Shown: positions 27,197 through 36,649 of the stretch, piece by piece
How positions within the stretch are numbered: the stretch's first letter is position 1
How the letters are laid out: every line of letters begins with the position of its first letter
Origin: an uncultured Acidobacteriota bacterium
GTDB taxonomy: Bacteria > Acidobacteriota > Thermoanaerobaculia > Gp7-AA8
DNA: 64,000 nt
Reading direction: 5' to 3'
Assembly (NCBI GenBank): GCA_963741955.1
Contig: CAVUKB010000004.1
Location: 512,001-576,000, forward strand
Notes under the pieces: generated by a model
Told to the model about the DNA's origin: nothing
What the model saw: only the letters and a program-made list of their open reading frames with translations
The model's database searches: none
Translations under genes and position numbers: made by a program

Positions 27197-28999
27197 ATGT
27201 TCTCTCGAGCCCGCTCTGCAGCCCTCCTGTTGCTTCCGCTCATCGCGCTCGTTTTCGCCGGTTGTGCGACGTCCCACCCGCCCGTCCCGGCCGAGCGATC
27301 CCTCTCGCTCGACGAGAAGGTCGGGCAGCTCATCGTGATCACCGCGGACGGCCGTTTCATGAACGAGGAGTCGCCGGAGTTCCAGCGGTTGCTCCACCAG
27401 GTACGCGACAACCACGTCGGCGGGATCCACTGGTACAACGCGGACGTCTACGAGACCGCGTGGCTGAACCGGCAGCTGCAGGCGGCGTCGAAGGTCCCGC
27501 TGCTGGTCAGCGCGGATCTCGAGGCGGGGATCGGGATGCGCTTCATCGACACGACGTACTGGCCGTGGGCGATGGCGGTCGGCGCGACCGGCGATCCGGC
27601 GTACGCCGAGAAGATGGGAGGGGTCACGGCCGACGACGCGAAGCTCGTCGGGATCAACCAGGTCTACGCCCCGGTGGCCGACGTGAACAACGATCCGGAC
27701 AACCCGGTGATCAACGTGCGGAGCTTCGGAGAAGATCCGGCGGACGTGGCTCGCTTCGTCGCGGCGTTCGTGCGTGGCGTGCAGTCGGAAGGAGTCCTCG
27801 CGACGGCGAAGCATTTTCCGGGGCACGGCGACACGCACACCGATTCTCACCGCTCCGTGCCGGTGGTCGACGTCTCCCGCGAACGGCTCGAATCGACCGA
27901 GCTCGTGCCGTTCCGCGCAGCGATCGCCGCAGGCGTCGGATCGATCATGCCCGCGCACGTTTCATATCCGGCGCTCGACTCGACTCCCGTTCCGGTGCGG
28001 ACGAACCTGACCCCGAAGCAGAACCCGTACGGCGCGGGGATCGACGAAGTGGCGCAGAACACCACGAGGCCGGCGACCGTCTCTCCGAAAATCGTGCACG
28101 ACCTCCTTCGAGGAGAGCTCGGATTCAAGGGGCTCGTGGTGACCGACTCCCTCGGGATGGGTGGAATCACATTGCACTATGCCCCTGGCGACGCAGCGGT
28201 CCTCGCCATCGAGGCGGGTGTCGATCAGCTCCTCAACTCTCCCGACACCGATGAGGCGATCGAAGGAGTGAAGGAGGCGGTCGCGGACGGCCGGATCTCC
28301 CGGGCGCGCATCGACGAATCGGTCGCGCGGATCCTCGAGGCGAAGTCGCGCGTGAGCCCACCGGCCGACTCGCAGGAAGAGATCTTCCGCGCTCTCGACT
28401 CGCCGCAGAAGAAAGCGCTCGCCGCAGAGATCGCGCAGCGGTCGCTCACTCTGGTCCGGCAGCAGGAGGGCGCGCTGCCTCTCGACCGCGGTGCGAAAGT
28501 GGTGGAGATGGTCGTCAGCGATTTCCTCGAGGCGGTGCCACCGCTGCTCGATCTGCGACGGGAGCTCCGCGCGCGACTCGAGAACGCGCCGGACCGCTTC
28601 TACTTCGACCGGCGCTCCACCGCCGACGATCAGGCGCAATTCCTCGAAGCGGCGAAGAATGCCGACGTGGTTCTGGTCGAGTCGGTGGTGCGGCTCCGCT
28701 CGGGGGAGGGTCACATCTCCATGCCGGAACTGGCGCACCAGACGCTCCTGCAGCTTCCGAACGCGACGAGCGCACGGATCGAGATGATCTCCTTCGGCAC
28801 GCCGTACATCGTCCGCGACGTGCCGTGGATGCCGACGTACCTGATCGCATGGGGGCCGCAGCCGGTGATGCAGGTCGCGGCCGCGAGGGCGCTCTTCGGC
28901 GAAGCGCCGGTCAGCGGTCATACGCCGGTCACCATTCCGGGGATCTGCGACCGCGGATGGGGGATCGTCACCGCTCCGGTCGCGGCGGGCACGAGGTGA
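27197..28999 (+). CDS. GH3 beta-N-acetylglucosaminidase (NagZ-like) lipoprotein
   Basis: Lipobox FAGC, INVRSFGEDP, KHFPGHGDTHTDSH, LRGELGFKGLVVTDSLGM. Confidence 0.9.
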   Translation: MFSRARSAALLLLPLIALVFAGCATSHPPVPAERSLSLDEKVGQLIVITADGRFMNEESPEFQRLLHQVRDNHVGGIHWYNADVYETAWLNRQLQAASKVPLLVSADLEAGIGMRFIDTTYWPWAMAVGATGDPAYAEKMGGVTADDAKLVGINQVYAPVADVNNDPDNPVINVRSFGEDPADVARFVAAFVRGVQSEGVLATAKHFPGHGDTHTDSHRSVPVVDVSRERLESTELVPFRAAIAAGVGSIMPAHVSYPALDSTPVPVRTNLTPKQNPYGAGIDEVAQNTTRPATVSPKIVHDLLRGELGFKGLVVTDSLGMGGITLHYAPGDAAVLAIEAGVDQLLNSPDTDEAIEGVKEAVADGRISRARIDESVARILEAKSRVSPPADSQEEIFRALDSPQKKALAAEIAQRSLTLVRQQEGALPLDRGAKVVEMVVSDFLEAVPPLLDLRRELRARLENAPDRFYFDRRSTADDQAQFLEAAKNADVVLVESVVRLRSGEGHISMPELAHQTLLQLPNATSARIEMISFGTPYIVRDVPWMPTYLIAWGPQPVMQVAAARALFGEAPVSGHTPVTIPGICDRGWGIVTAPVAAGTR

Positions 29000-29003
29000 G
29001 GCG

Positions 29004-30848
29004 ATGAAGCTCGAGACCATCGACTTCACCATTCTCGCGGCGTACTTCCTCCTGGTGATCGGAGTCGGTCTCCTCTTCGCGCGACGTGCGAAGAGATCGA
29101 TGGTCGACTACTTCATCTCCCACCGCTCGATGCCGTGGTGGCTCGCAGGGACCGCGATGGTCGCGACCACGTTCTCGGCCGACACCCCGCTGGCGGTCAC
29201 CGAGATCGTGGCGAAGAACGGGATAGCGGGAAACTGGCTCTGGTGGTCGATGCTGCCGTCCGGAATGCTCACCGTCTTCTTCTTCGCTCGCCTGTGGCGC
29301 CGTGCGGCGGTGGTCACCGACGTCGAAGTGACCGAGCTCCGTTACTCCGGCCGGCCCGCCGCGTTTCTTCGCGGTTTCCGCGCCGCATACCTCGGGCTGG
29401 TGGTCAACGTCATCATCATGGGGTGGGTGAATCTCGGCATGGCGAAGGTTCTCGCCGGAACGCTGGGCGTGCCGAAGTGGGCTGCGCTCGGGGTCTGCCT
29501 CCTGATCACGTTCGGTTATACCGTGGTCTCGGGATACTGGGGCGTCGCGTCGACCGACGGGCTGCAATATGTCTTCGAGATGGGGGGCGCGATCCTCCTG
29601 GCGGTGATCTCGGTCGGCGCGGTCGGCGGGATCGAGGCGATGAAGACGAAGATCATCGCCGCGCATCCTGCAGGTGCGGCTGCGGGCGTCACGTTCGGCA
29701 GTGCGGGGGATGCACTCTCGTTCTTCCCACACGGAAGTACGGCGTGGGCGCTTCCGGTGATCACGTTCGCGGCACTGATCGGCTTCAACTGGTGGGCGTC
29801 GTGGTATCCGGGGGCGGAGCCGGGGGGAGGAGGCTACGTCGCTCAGAACATGCTCGCGTGCAAAGACGAGCGGAACAGCCGTCTCGCAGTGCTCTTCTTC
29901 AATGTCGCGCATTACGCGATCCGGAGCTGGCCGTGGGTGATCACGGCGCTCTGCTCGCTCGCCATCTACGGGGGCGCGGTCCACGGGGCAGGCGGCGCGG
30001 AGGATCCGGGGGCGAACTACGTGCGGATGATGGTGGATCTGCTGCCGGTCGGCCTGCGCGGGCTGATGCTCGCCTCGTTCGCCGCGGCGTACATGTCGAC
30101 GCAGGCGACGCAGATGAACTGGGGGTCGAGCTATCTGGTGAACGACCTTTATCGGCGGTTCCTCCGGAAAAACGCCGACGAGCAGCATTACGTGACTGCA
30201 TCGCGGTACGCCACTCTGTTGACCCTCCTGCTGTCGATCGTGGTGACCTACTTCATGGATCAGGTCAGTCACGCGTGGGAGCTCCTGCTGATGATCGGAG
30301 CGGGGACGGGGCTGGTCTACATCCTCCGCTGGTACTGGTGGCGGATCAACGCGTGGAGCGAAGTCTCGGCGATGGCGGCGGCGCTCGGGTTTTCGCTCAC
30401 GCTCCGCGGCGTCGGGGGTCATGTCTCCACTCTGGATACCGGCACGGCGGTGGGTTTCGCGCTGAACCTGATTCTGACTACCCTCGGGACCACCGTGGTG
30501 TGGCTGGTGGTGACGCTCCGGACCAGGCCGGAACGGGAGTCGACGCTCGATTCGTTCTATGCGCGCGTCCGGCCTGCGGGGTGGGGATGGGGACCCGTCG
30601 CGGCGCGGACCGGAATTGCTCAGGGGCGGGAGGAAGTCTGGCGCAATGCGTGGATGTGGGCGCTCGGCGTGGTGTTCGTCTACTCGATCATGTTCTCCAC
30701 CGGCGCGCTGATCTTCCATCTGCAGCAGAAGCTGTGGTTCTGGGGATCGTTGCTGGTCCTGTCGGGACTGCTGCTCGGCTGGAGCTTCGCACGGGAGCCC
30801 AAGATCGCCGAAGCCGCAGGCACACCCGACGCCCTCGCGGAGAGCTGA
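29004..30848 (+). CDS. Sodium:solute symporter (SSS family)
   Basis: DYFISHRSMPWWLAGTAMVATTFSADTPL, multiple TM helices, AAYMST. Confidence 0.9.
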   Translation: MKLETIDFTILAAYFLLVIGVGLLFARRAKRSMVDYFISHRSMPWWLAGTAMVATTFSADTPLAVTEIVAKNGIAGNWLWWSMLPSGMLTVFFFARLWRRAAVVTDVEVTELRYSGRPAAFLRGFRAAYLGLVVNVIIMGWVNLGMAKVLAGTLGVPKWAALGVCLLITFGYTVVSGYWGVASTDGLQYVFEMGGAILLAVISVGAVGGIEAMKTKIIAAHPAGAAAGVTFGSAGDALSFFPHGSTAWALPVITFAALIGFNWWASWYPGAEPGGGGYVAQNMLACKDERNSRLAVLFFNVAHYAIRSWPWVITALCSLAIYGGAVHGAGGAEDPGANYVRMMVDLLPVGLRGLMLASFAAAYMSTQATQMNWGSSYLVNDLYRRFLRKNADEQHYVTASRYATLLTLLLSIVVTYFMDQVSHAWELLLMIGAGTGLVYILRWYWWRINAWSEVSAMAAALGFSLTLRGVGGHVSTLDTGTAVGFALNLILTTLGTTVVWLVVTLRTRPERESTLDSFYARVRPAGWGWGPVAARTGIAQGREEVWRNAWMWALGVVFVYSIMFSTGALIFHLQQKLWFWGSLLVLSGLLLGWSFAREPKIAEAAGTPDALAES

Positions 30849-30870
30849 GCCGCACGCGCAGACGCAGCGC

Positions 30871-31010
30871 ATGGGGCACCACGGCTTCCGCCGTAGCGAA
30901 CTTCAGGAGACGCCGTTCCGAGAGGGGTGCGGATCCTCCGATCCGCCGCGCAGCTCGCGTTGTACGCGCTGAAGAGCGCACCTGGGGCACCACGGCTTCC
31001 GCCGTGGCGT
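30871..31010. repeat. REP-like cluster
   Basis: tggggcaccacggcttccgccgt twice (~30872, ~30983) flanking ggggtgcggatcctccgatccgccgcgc...gttgtacgcg (30924). Confidence 0.75.
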
Positions 31011-31188
31011 TTCCCGTCATTCAGACGAAGAGCATCAGCCAGTGCAGCCGCTTCAATCCGATCTGACGATCGCGAGGTCACGATTGCGATTGCGACCCCA
31101 ATGCGGATTGCCATGCACCGTCGGGTGATCGAGCCCGCCGAAAAGGCGAGCTGAGTCTCAGCCGTGGTTCAGGAGCCTGCGCCGGCGA

Positions 31189-31473
31189 TCATTGCTTGAC
31201 GAGCTCGACGCGCCGGTTCAGTGCCCGTCCCGCCTCGCTGTCGTTGGACGCGACCGGTGCGTAGGGCCCGACGCCGAACGGAGCGAGGCGCGAGGCGGGG
31301 ATGCCGTATTTCGTCGTAAGTGCCTGTACGACCGCCGCAGCGCGGCTCCGCGACAGCTCCATGTTCGTCGCGAGTGCGCCGGCGTTGTCGGTGTGACCGA
31401 CGACATACAGTTTCAGCTTCGGGTCATTCTCCAGCAGCTTTGCGATCTCTTTGAGTGCTGCTGCGGATTCCGG
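31189..31473 (-). pseudogene. 5'-truncated OmpA/MotB C-terminal peptidoglycan-binding domain fragment
   Basis: Hand translation (frame absent from ORF track): PESAAALKEIAKLLENDPKLKLYVVGHTDNAGALATNMELSRSRAAAVVQAL...GRALNRRVELVKQ*; no in-frame start codon between it and an upstream TGA at ~31594. Confidence 0.85.
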
Positions 31474-31734
31474 GGCACCACGCCTCTTTCCGCGGCGGGA
31501 ACTGGACCGGCTCGAGAGACCGATAGAAGGCCGATTTTCGAATGACTGCGCGTGCCGGCATCGTCGCGCGTTCCGTGATTCGTTTCGCTGCGCTCAGAGG
31601 CGTACTTCGATGCGCTGGGAACGCGATTGGCGCGGCGGACTGTAACGCCGCGCTCCATGACGCGCTGGCTTTACCGAACGAGGCGCTCGTCGGCCATGCG
31701 GCGGCGCGCAGCGGTCGGTGTGAGCGACCGGGAT

Positions 31735-32316
31735 CTAATGAGACTCGGGTGACTCACCCGACTCGCCGTTCTCTCCTCCTTCGGCGTGTTCCCCCTGCTG
31801 TTCCGGAGCCGCAGCGACCGCCTGCTGGTACTCGGCCGGAGTCATCTTCGGGAGTTTCTCCATGAATGCGACCACGCCCCAGAGCTTCTGGTCCGACTCG
31901 CCGTGGAACGAGGGCATGCCGGTCATCCGGATGCCGTTCTTCGCGATCCAGAAGATCTCGTTGGGCTGAAACTCTTCGACGATCTCTTTCACCTCCGGAG
32001 GTTCGGGCGCCATTGACCTGGCCCATTCCGCCGGCTCCTTCCCGGGTGCTCCGTGACACTCGGCGCAGGTTTCGTGGTATTCGCCCGCTCCTTCCCGAGC
32101 GAGCTTCGGATCGTTCAGCGGCGGGACCTGGATCCCTTTGGCGTGGTAGGCGATCGAATGGCTGGCGGTCCGATCCGCGCTCCATTCGATGGGCCCACCG
32201 GTGTCGCCGTGCGCAGCGATACTGTACCAGCCGGAAAAGACGATAACCGCCCAGAAGATCCCGGCCAGGACGACTCCCACAAGAATGGTGATCACGACGG
32301 CAGTTGAAGCTTTCAT
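31735..32316 (-). CDS. Membrane-anchored c-type cytochrome
   Basis: AGGAG RBS, N-terminal TM helix, CAECH heme motif, FWIAKNGIRMTGMPSF. Confidence 0.88.
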   Translation of the reverse strand: MKASTAVVITILVGVVLAGIFWAVIVFSGWYSIAAHGDTGGPIEWSADRTASHSIAYHAKGIQVPPLNDPKLAREGAGEYHETCAECHGAPGKEPAEWARSMAPEPPEVKEIVEEFQPNEIFWIAKNGIRMTGMPSFHGESDQKLWGVVAFMEKLPKMTPAEYQQAVAAAPEQQGEHAEGGENGESGESPESH

Positions 32317-32555
32317 TCGCTCTCCTCGCCGGATGTCCGCCTGCCAGTCCAATGCCATGAGGGATGAAACGGCGATGGCATTGCGAGGTTGTAAGAATGG
32401 GGATCATCGGGAATCGGGCTACAGAAACCGGCAGATCAGACGTGCGATCGTCCGACGGGTCCGACACGTCCGACAGGTCCGACTGAACATCCTTCTCGAA
32501 AGAACTTTCTCTTCGCCGTCCATCTCGCTCAGAAGCCTCGGCTCTCGCCTCTAAC

Positions 32556-33965
32556 CTACAGCAGGATGCCGCGAAGGATCGTGGCCGCGACGGTGAAGTA
32601 GATCACGATGCCGGTAACGTCCACGAGCGTCGCGACGAATGGCGCCGACGACGCCGCGGGATCGGCGCCGAGGGATTTGAGAACGATCGGAAGCATTGAC
32701 CCGGCGATCGAGCCCCACAGGACCACTCCGACGAGTGCGCATCCTATGGTGGCCGCGACGGGAAGCCAGTGTGGACCGTAGAGGTTGAACGCGACGGCCC
32801 AGACGGTGACGCGCGCGAATCCGACGATGCCGAGGATCAAACCCAGTCCGAGCCCGGAGATACACTCGCGACCGAGGACGTACCACCAGTCGCGGATGCG
32901 AAGCTCGCCGAGTGCGAGTGCGCGGGTGACCAGAGTGGCGGCCTGCGATCCGGTGTTGCCGCCGGCGGAGATGATCATCGGGATGAAGAGGGCGAGCACC
33001 ACGGCGCGCGCGATCTCCTTTTCGAAGTATCCCATCGCGGTCGCGGTGAGCATCTCGCCGACCAGGAGGAAGACCAGCCAGGTCGCGCGCTTCTTGATCA
33101 TGCGGGGGAGTGCGATGGTGAGATACGGCTCATCGAGGGCTTCCGATCCACCGAGTTTCTGGATGTCTTCGGTCGCCTCTTCTTCCACCACGTCGAGGAC
33201 GTCGTCGACGGTGACGATCCCGACCAGAGCTCCTCCGGTATCGGTGACCGGGAGGGCAGTGCGGTCGTGTTTCCGGAAGAGCGCGATCGCAGTCTCCTGG
33301 TCGTCGGTGGCCTGCAGGGCCACGAACTGGTGGTCCATCAGATCATCCACGTGACTGTCGGGAGGAACGAGCAGAAACTCGCGCATCCGGATGTCGTCGA
33401 TCAATGTCCCGTCGTCGTCGACCACGTAGATGACGTTGAGCGTCTCGCTGTCGCGTCCGAAGACGCGCACGTGCGCGAGGACTTCTTCCACCTTCCACTC
33501 TTCACGGACCGCGACGTAGTCCGGCGTCATCAGACGGCCGATACTGTCCTCCGGATACCCGAGCAGACGGCTGGCGACGGTTCGCTCGTCGGGCGAGAGG
33601 AGGTTGAGGAGGCGCTTGGTGACCTTCGCCGGCAACTCCTCGAGGAGCGCGGTACGGTCGTCAGGCGACATGTCGTTGAGGATCGAGGTGATGTCCTTGT
33701 CGCCGAGTCCTTTCAGGAGCTCTTCCTGCGCATCGAACGAGAGGTACTCGAACGTCCTCGCGGCGACTTCCCGCGAGAGGAGGCGGAAGACGATCACCTC
33801 GTCCTCCAGCTCGAGCGCCTGGACCACGTCCGCGATGTTCGGGGGATCCATCCGGAGGAGCTCCTGGCGCAGCTGGACGAAATGACGCTCGTGCACCATT
33901 CCGGAGAGGCGGGCGATCCGCTCTTCCCGCTCCGCTTCCCGCTCTTCGATCTCTTCTTCCGCCAT
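32556..33965 (-). CDS. mgtE: Magnesium transporter MgtE
   Basis: YPEDSIGRLMTPDY, CBS pair, GIVTVDDV, GGNTGSQAAT, DPAASSAPFVATLVDVTG. Confidence 0.95.
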   Translation of the reverse strand: MAEEEIEEREAEREERIARLSGMVHERHFVQLRQELLRMDPPNIADVVQALELEDEVIVFRLLSREVAARTFEYLSFDAQEELLKGLGDKDITSILNDMSPDDRTALLEELPAKVTKRLLNLLSPDERTVASRLLGYPEDSIGRLMTPDYVAVREEWKVEEVLAHVRVFGRDSETLNVIYVVDDDGTLIDDIRMREFLLVPPDSHVDDLMDHQFVALQATDDQETAIALFRKHDRTALPVTDTGGALVGIVTVDDVLDVVEEEATEDIQKLGGSEALDEPYLTIALPRMIKKRATWLVFLLVGEMLTATAMGYFEKEIARAVVLALFIPMIISAGGNTGSQAATLVTRALALGELRIRDWWYVLGRECISGLGLGLILGIVGFARVTVWAVAFNLYGPHWLPVAATIGCALVGVVLWGSIAGSMLPIVLKSLGADPAASSAPFVATLVDVTGIVIYFTVAATILRGILL

Positions 33966-34041
33966 TTTCCGGATCCGCTCCGTACCGTCCTTAAGCTAAC
34001 ACGAGAGGGGGCGGATCGGGAGGGGAGAAAGAGGCATCTAC

Positions 34042-34449
34042 GATCGAGGATCGAGGATCGAGGATCGAGGATCTGAGAGGATCGAGGATCGAGGATCGGG
34101 GATCGAGAATCGGGGATCGGGGATCGAGGATCGGGGATCGAGGATCGAGGATCGAGGATCTGAGAGGATCGAGGATCGAGAATCGAGGATCGAGGATCGA
34201 GGATCGAGGATCGAGGATCGAGGATCGAGGATCGGGGATCGAGGATCGAGGATCGAGGATCTGAGAGGATCGAGGATCGAGGATCGAGGATCGAGGATCG
34301 GGGATCGAGAATCGGGGATCGGGGATCGAGGATCGAGGATCGAGGATCGGGGATCGAGGATCGAGGATCGAGGATCTGAGAGGATCGAGGATCGAGGATC
34401 GAGGATCGGGGATCGAGAATCGGGGATCGAGGATCGAGGATCGAGGATC
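34042..34449. repeat. ~410-bp GAGGATC heptamer microsatellite (roughly 55-58 units)
   Basis: GAGGATC with GGGGATC and GAGAATC variants and four periodic 3-nt 'tga' interruptions (gaggatctgagaggatc). Confidence 0.97.
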
Positions 34450-34520
34450 TATCGTGAAGCGAAACAGGGGGAGCCCGCTGGCCGGCGAGCCGGGCGAGCT
34501 CCTCGTCATCGTGAACCAGG

Positions 34521-34877
34521 TCAGTACGTCCCGGTGGTTGATGTCCCGCTGGTCGACGTTCCAGTCGTCGATGTCCCGGTCGTGTCGGTTCCGGTCGGAT
34601 ACTCCGTTCCTGCAGTTCCTTCCGTCCCCGTGGTTCCCGCGGTGCCGTACGCCGTACCCGTGTTGCTGTAGGGCGTGACCGGAGCGGTTGCGGCGGTCGA
34701 GGTCTCGGTCGCAGCGCCTGGCGCAACGGCTCGCCTGGTGCCCCACCAGCTCCAACCCCAGATGATGAGAATGATGATGATGATGATAATGACGATCCAC
34801 CACCACGCGCACCCTGTTCCTGCGCCGGCTCGGCGGGGTGCTCCGGGTCCTGGGCTTCCAGATGGATTGACGGTCAT
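34521..34877 (-). CDS. Small single-pass membrane protein with Thr/Gly-rich tail
   Basis: AAAGGAGGG RBS before ATG 34877; WWWIVIIIIIIILIIWGWSWW helix followed by GT/TTGT repeats. Confidence 0.7.
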   Translation of the reverse strand: MTVNPSGSPGPGAPRRAGAGTGCAWWWIVIIIIIIILIIWGWSWWGTRRAVAPGAATETSTAATAPVTPYSNTGTAYGTAGTTGTEGTAGTEYPTGTDTTGTSTTGTSTSGTSTTGTY

Positions 34878-35015
34878 CGACTCCCTCCTTTCGTGCGGCA
34901 CTTCGGTACCGCGATTCTTCTACCGCGGCCGAGTGGCAACGGGTGCCAGCTGCTGTTCCGGAGCAAGTGCAGTGCCCGAAACACCGTGTCTCGCCGCGCC
35001 TGAGTTCGAAGCGTG

Positions 35016-35305
35016 GGGTGCGGATCCTCCGATCCGCCGCGAAGATCGTGTTGTACGCGATGAAGAGGGCGGCTGTGGGAGAACGCGGAGCGTCTGTGAT
35101 TCGTGCGAACAGCTTCGCTTCTGCCGCAGGGGTCGTCTCGATCGGTTCTGAACGGGAGTGTCGCGGCGGATCAGAGGATCCGCGCCCCTCGGCGCGAAGA
35201 TCGTGTTGTACGCGATGAAGAGGGCGGCCGTGGGAGAACGCGGAGCGCCTGTGATTCGTGCGAACAGCTTCGCTCCTGCCGCAGGGGTCGTCTCGATCGG
35301 TTCTG
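35016..35305. repeat. About 1.7 tandem copies of the REP-capped unit
   Basis: ggggtgcggatcctccgatccgccgcgaagatcgtgttgtacgcgatgaagaggg... with a second partial copy from ~35193. Confidence 0.88.
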
Positions 35306-35317
35306 AAGACGAGGGGG

Positions 35318-36535
35318 CTAAAGCTCCGCGGGGTCGTCGTTCAGCGGGAGCCGCCTTATCGAGATCGCGATCACGAACGCGACGAGAGCGATGCCGGACG
35401 CGACGAGGAACGCTCCTTTTGCTGCTGCGATCCCGTACATCGTTCCGCCGAGGATCGGTCCGAGAACGCGGGAAAGGGAGCTGACGGAGGAGGAGACGCC
35501 GAGGACGCTTCCGTGCTGGTTCGACGGAGAGCTCTTGGTCACCAGCGACATCAGCGAGGGATAACAGAGCCCCTGCCCGATGGCGACGAGGAGCGCGGCG
35601 GGGTAGAGGAGCGACGGACGCGGAACGAACGGCACCGCGGCGAATCCGATCATGAAAGAGAACGTCCCGATGGCGACTACCGTCCGTTCGCCGAGTGCGC
35701 GCGTGAGACGTCCGATTAAACCTCCCTGGATCATCGCCACGACGACGCCCATGAAGCCGAAGAAGTAACCGAGGTCCTTCGGCGTGAAGTCGAAGCGATC
35801 TTTCCCGAAGAGGGTGACCGTCGTCTCCATGCTGGAGAACGAGATCACGATCAGGAAGAGGGTCAGGAGAACTGCCGAGAGTACTCGACGGTCGAGGACC
35901 AGGCGCCACATTCTCCGGTCGAACTGCGGTGGAATCTTCGAACGGACGATTCGCGGCGCGGCGCCAGGCTTTCGGGATTCGCCGAGGACGAAGAGTGCGA
36001 CGGTCCATGCCGTTGCAGAAAGGGATGCTGCGGCGATTCCGGGAAGGGTGTTCCCGTGCATTCCGTGAGCGATTCCGACGTGCGAGAGGATCCCGCCGAG
36101 CGGTGGCCCGAGGATGAAACCGAGTCCGAAAGCCGCGCCGATCAGTCCCATGCCCTTGGCGCGATTCTCCCGGGTGGTCGTGTCGGCGATGTAAGCCTGT
36201 GCGGTGCCGATGTTCGCGGCCGCGATGCCGGCGACGATGCGCGAGACGAAGAGGATCGGGATCGAGCGTGCGATGGCGAAGATCGCGTATCCGGCGATAC
36301 TTCCGGTGAGACTGATCAGAAGCACCGGACGTCGTCCGACGCGATCCGAGAGCCGTCCCCAGACCGGCGAGAAGAAGAACTGCATCAGAGAGTAGACTGC
36401 AACGACGGCCCCGACGGTCGTCGCGGTCGCACCGTACTGATCGGCATAGTACGGCAGCAACGGAATGACCATTCCGAAGCCGAGCAGATCGATGAATACG
36501 ATAAGAAAGAGTACGAAAATCGACGTTCTGCGCAT
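35318..36535 (-). CDS. MFS transporter, TetA/DHA1-like
   Basis: FIDLLGFGMVIPLLPYY, motif A GRLSDRVGRRPVL, GAAFGLGFILGPPLGG. Confidence 0.9.
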   Translation of the reverse strand: MRRTSIFVLFLIVFIDLLGFGMVIPLLPYYADQYGATATTVGAVVAVYSLMQFFFSPVWGRLSDRVGRRPVLLISLTGSIAGYAIFAIARSIPILFVSRIVAGIAAANIGTAQAYIADTTTRENRAKGMGLIGAAFGLGFILGPPLGGILSHVGIAHGMHGNTLPGIAAASLSATAWTVALFVLGESRKPGAAPRIVRSKIPPQFDRRMWRLVLDRRVLSAVLLTLFLIVISFSSMETTVTLFGKDRFDFTPKDLGYFFGFMGVVVAMIQGGLIGRLTRALGERTVVAIGTFSFMIGFAAVPFVPRPSLLYPAALLVAIGQGLCYPSLMSLVTKSSPSNQHGSVLGVSSSVSSLSRVLGPILGGTMYGIAAAKGAFLVASGIALVAFVIAISIRRLPLNDDPAEL

Positions 36536-36649
36536 CGCCGGCGGGAGTTTACCACCTCGTGAAGGAGTTTGACCTCGACGTATGTCCGACGAAGCCATGA
36601 GTAGGACGGCTCCTACGCCGAACCCGGAATAGTCCGGGTTGAAAGTTAC

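Noticed and set aside
33966-34041. M-box riboswitch upstream of mgtE
   Set aside because: Only ~75 bp of non-repeat sequence, with no recognisable M-box consensus.
33794-34812. Long ORFs with ILDPRSS repeats (also 16546-17355 and the 5' extensions of 15795..17093 and 17160..18659)
   Set aside because: They are translations of the GATCCTC microsatellite, which lacks stops in all frames; no RBS or domain content.
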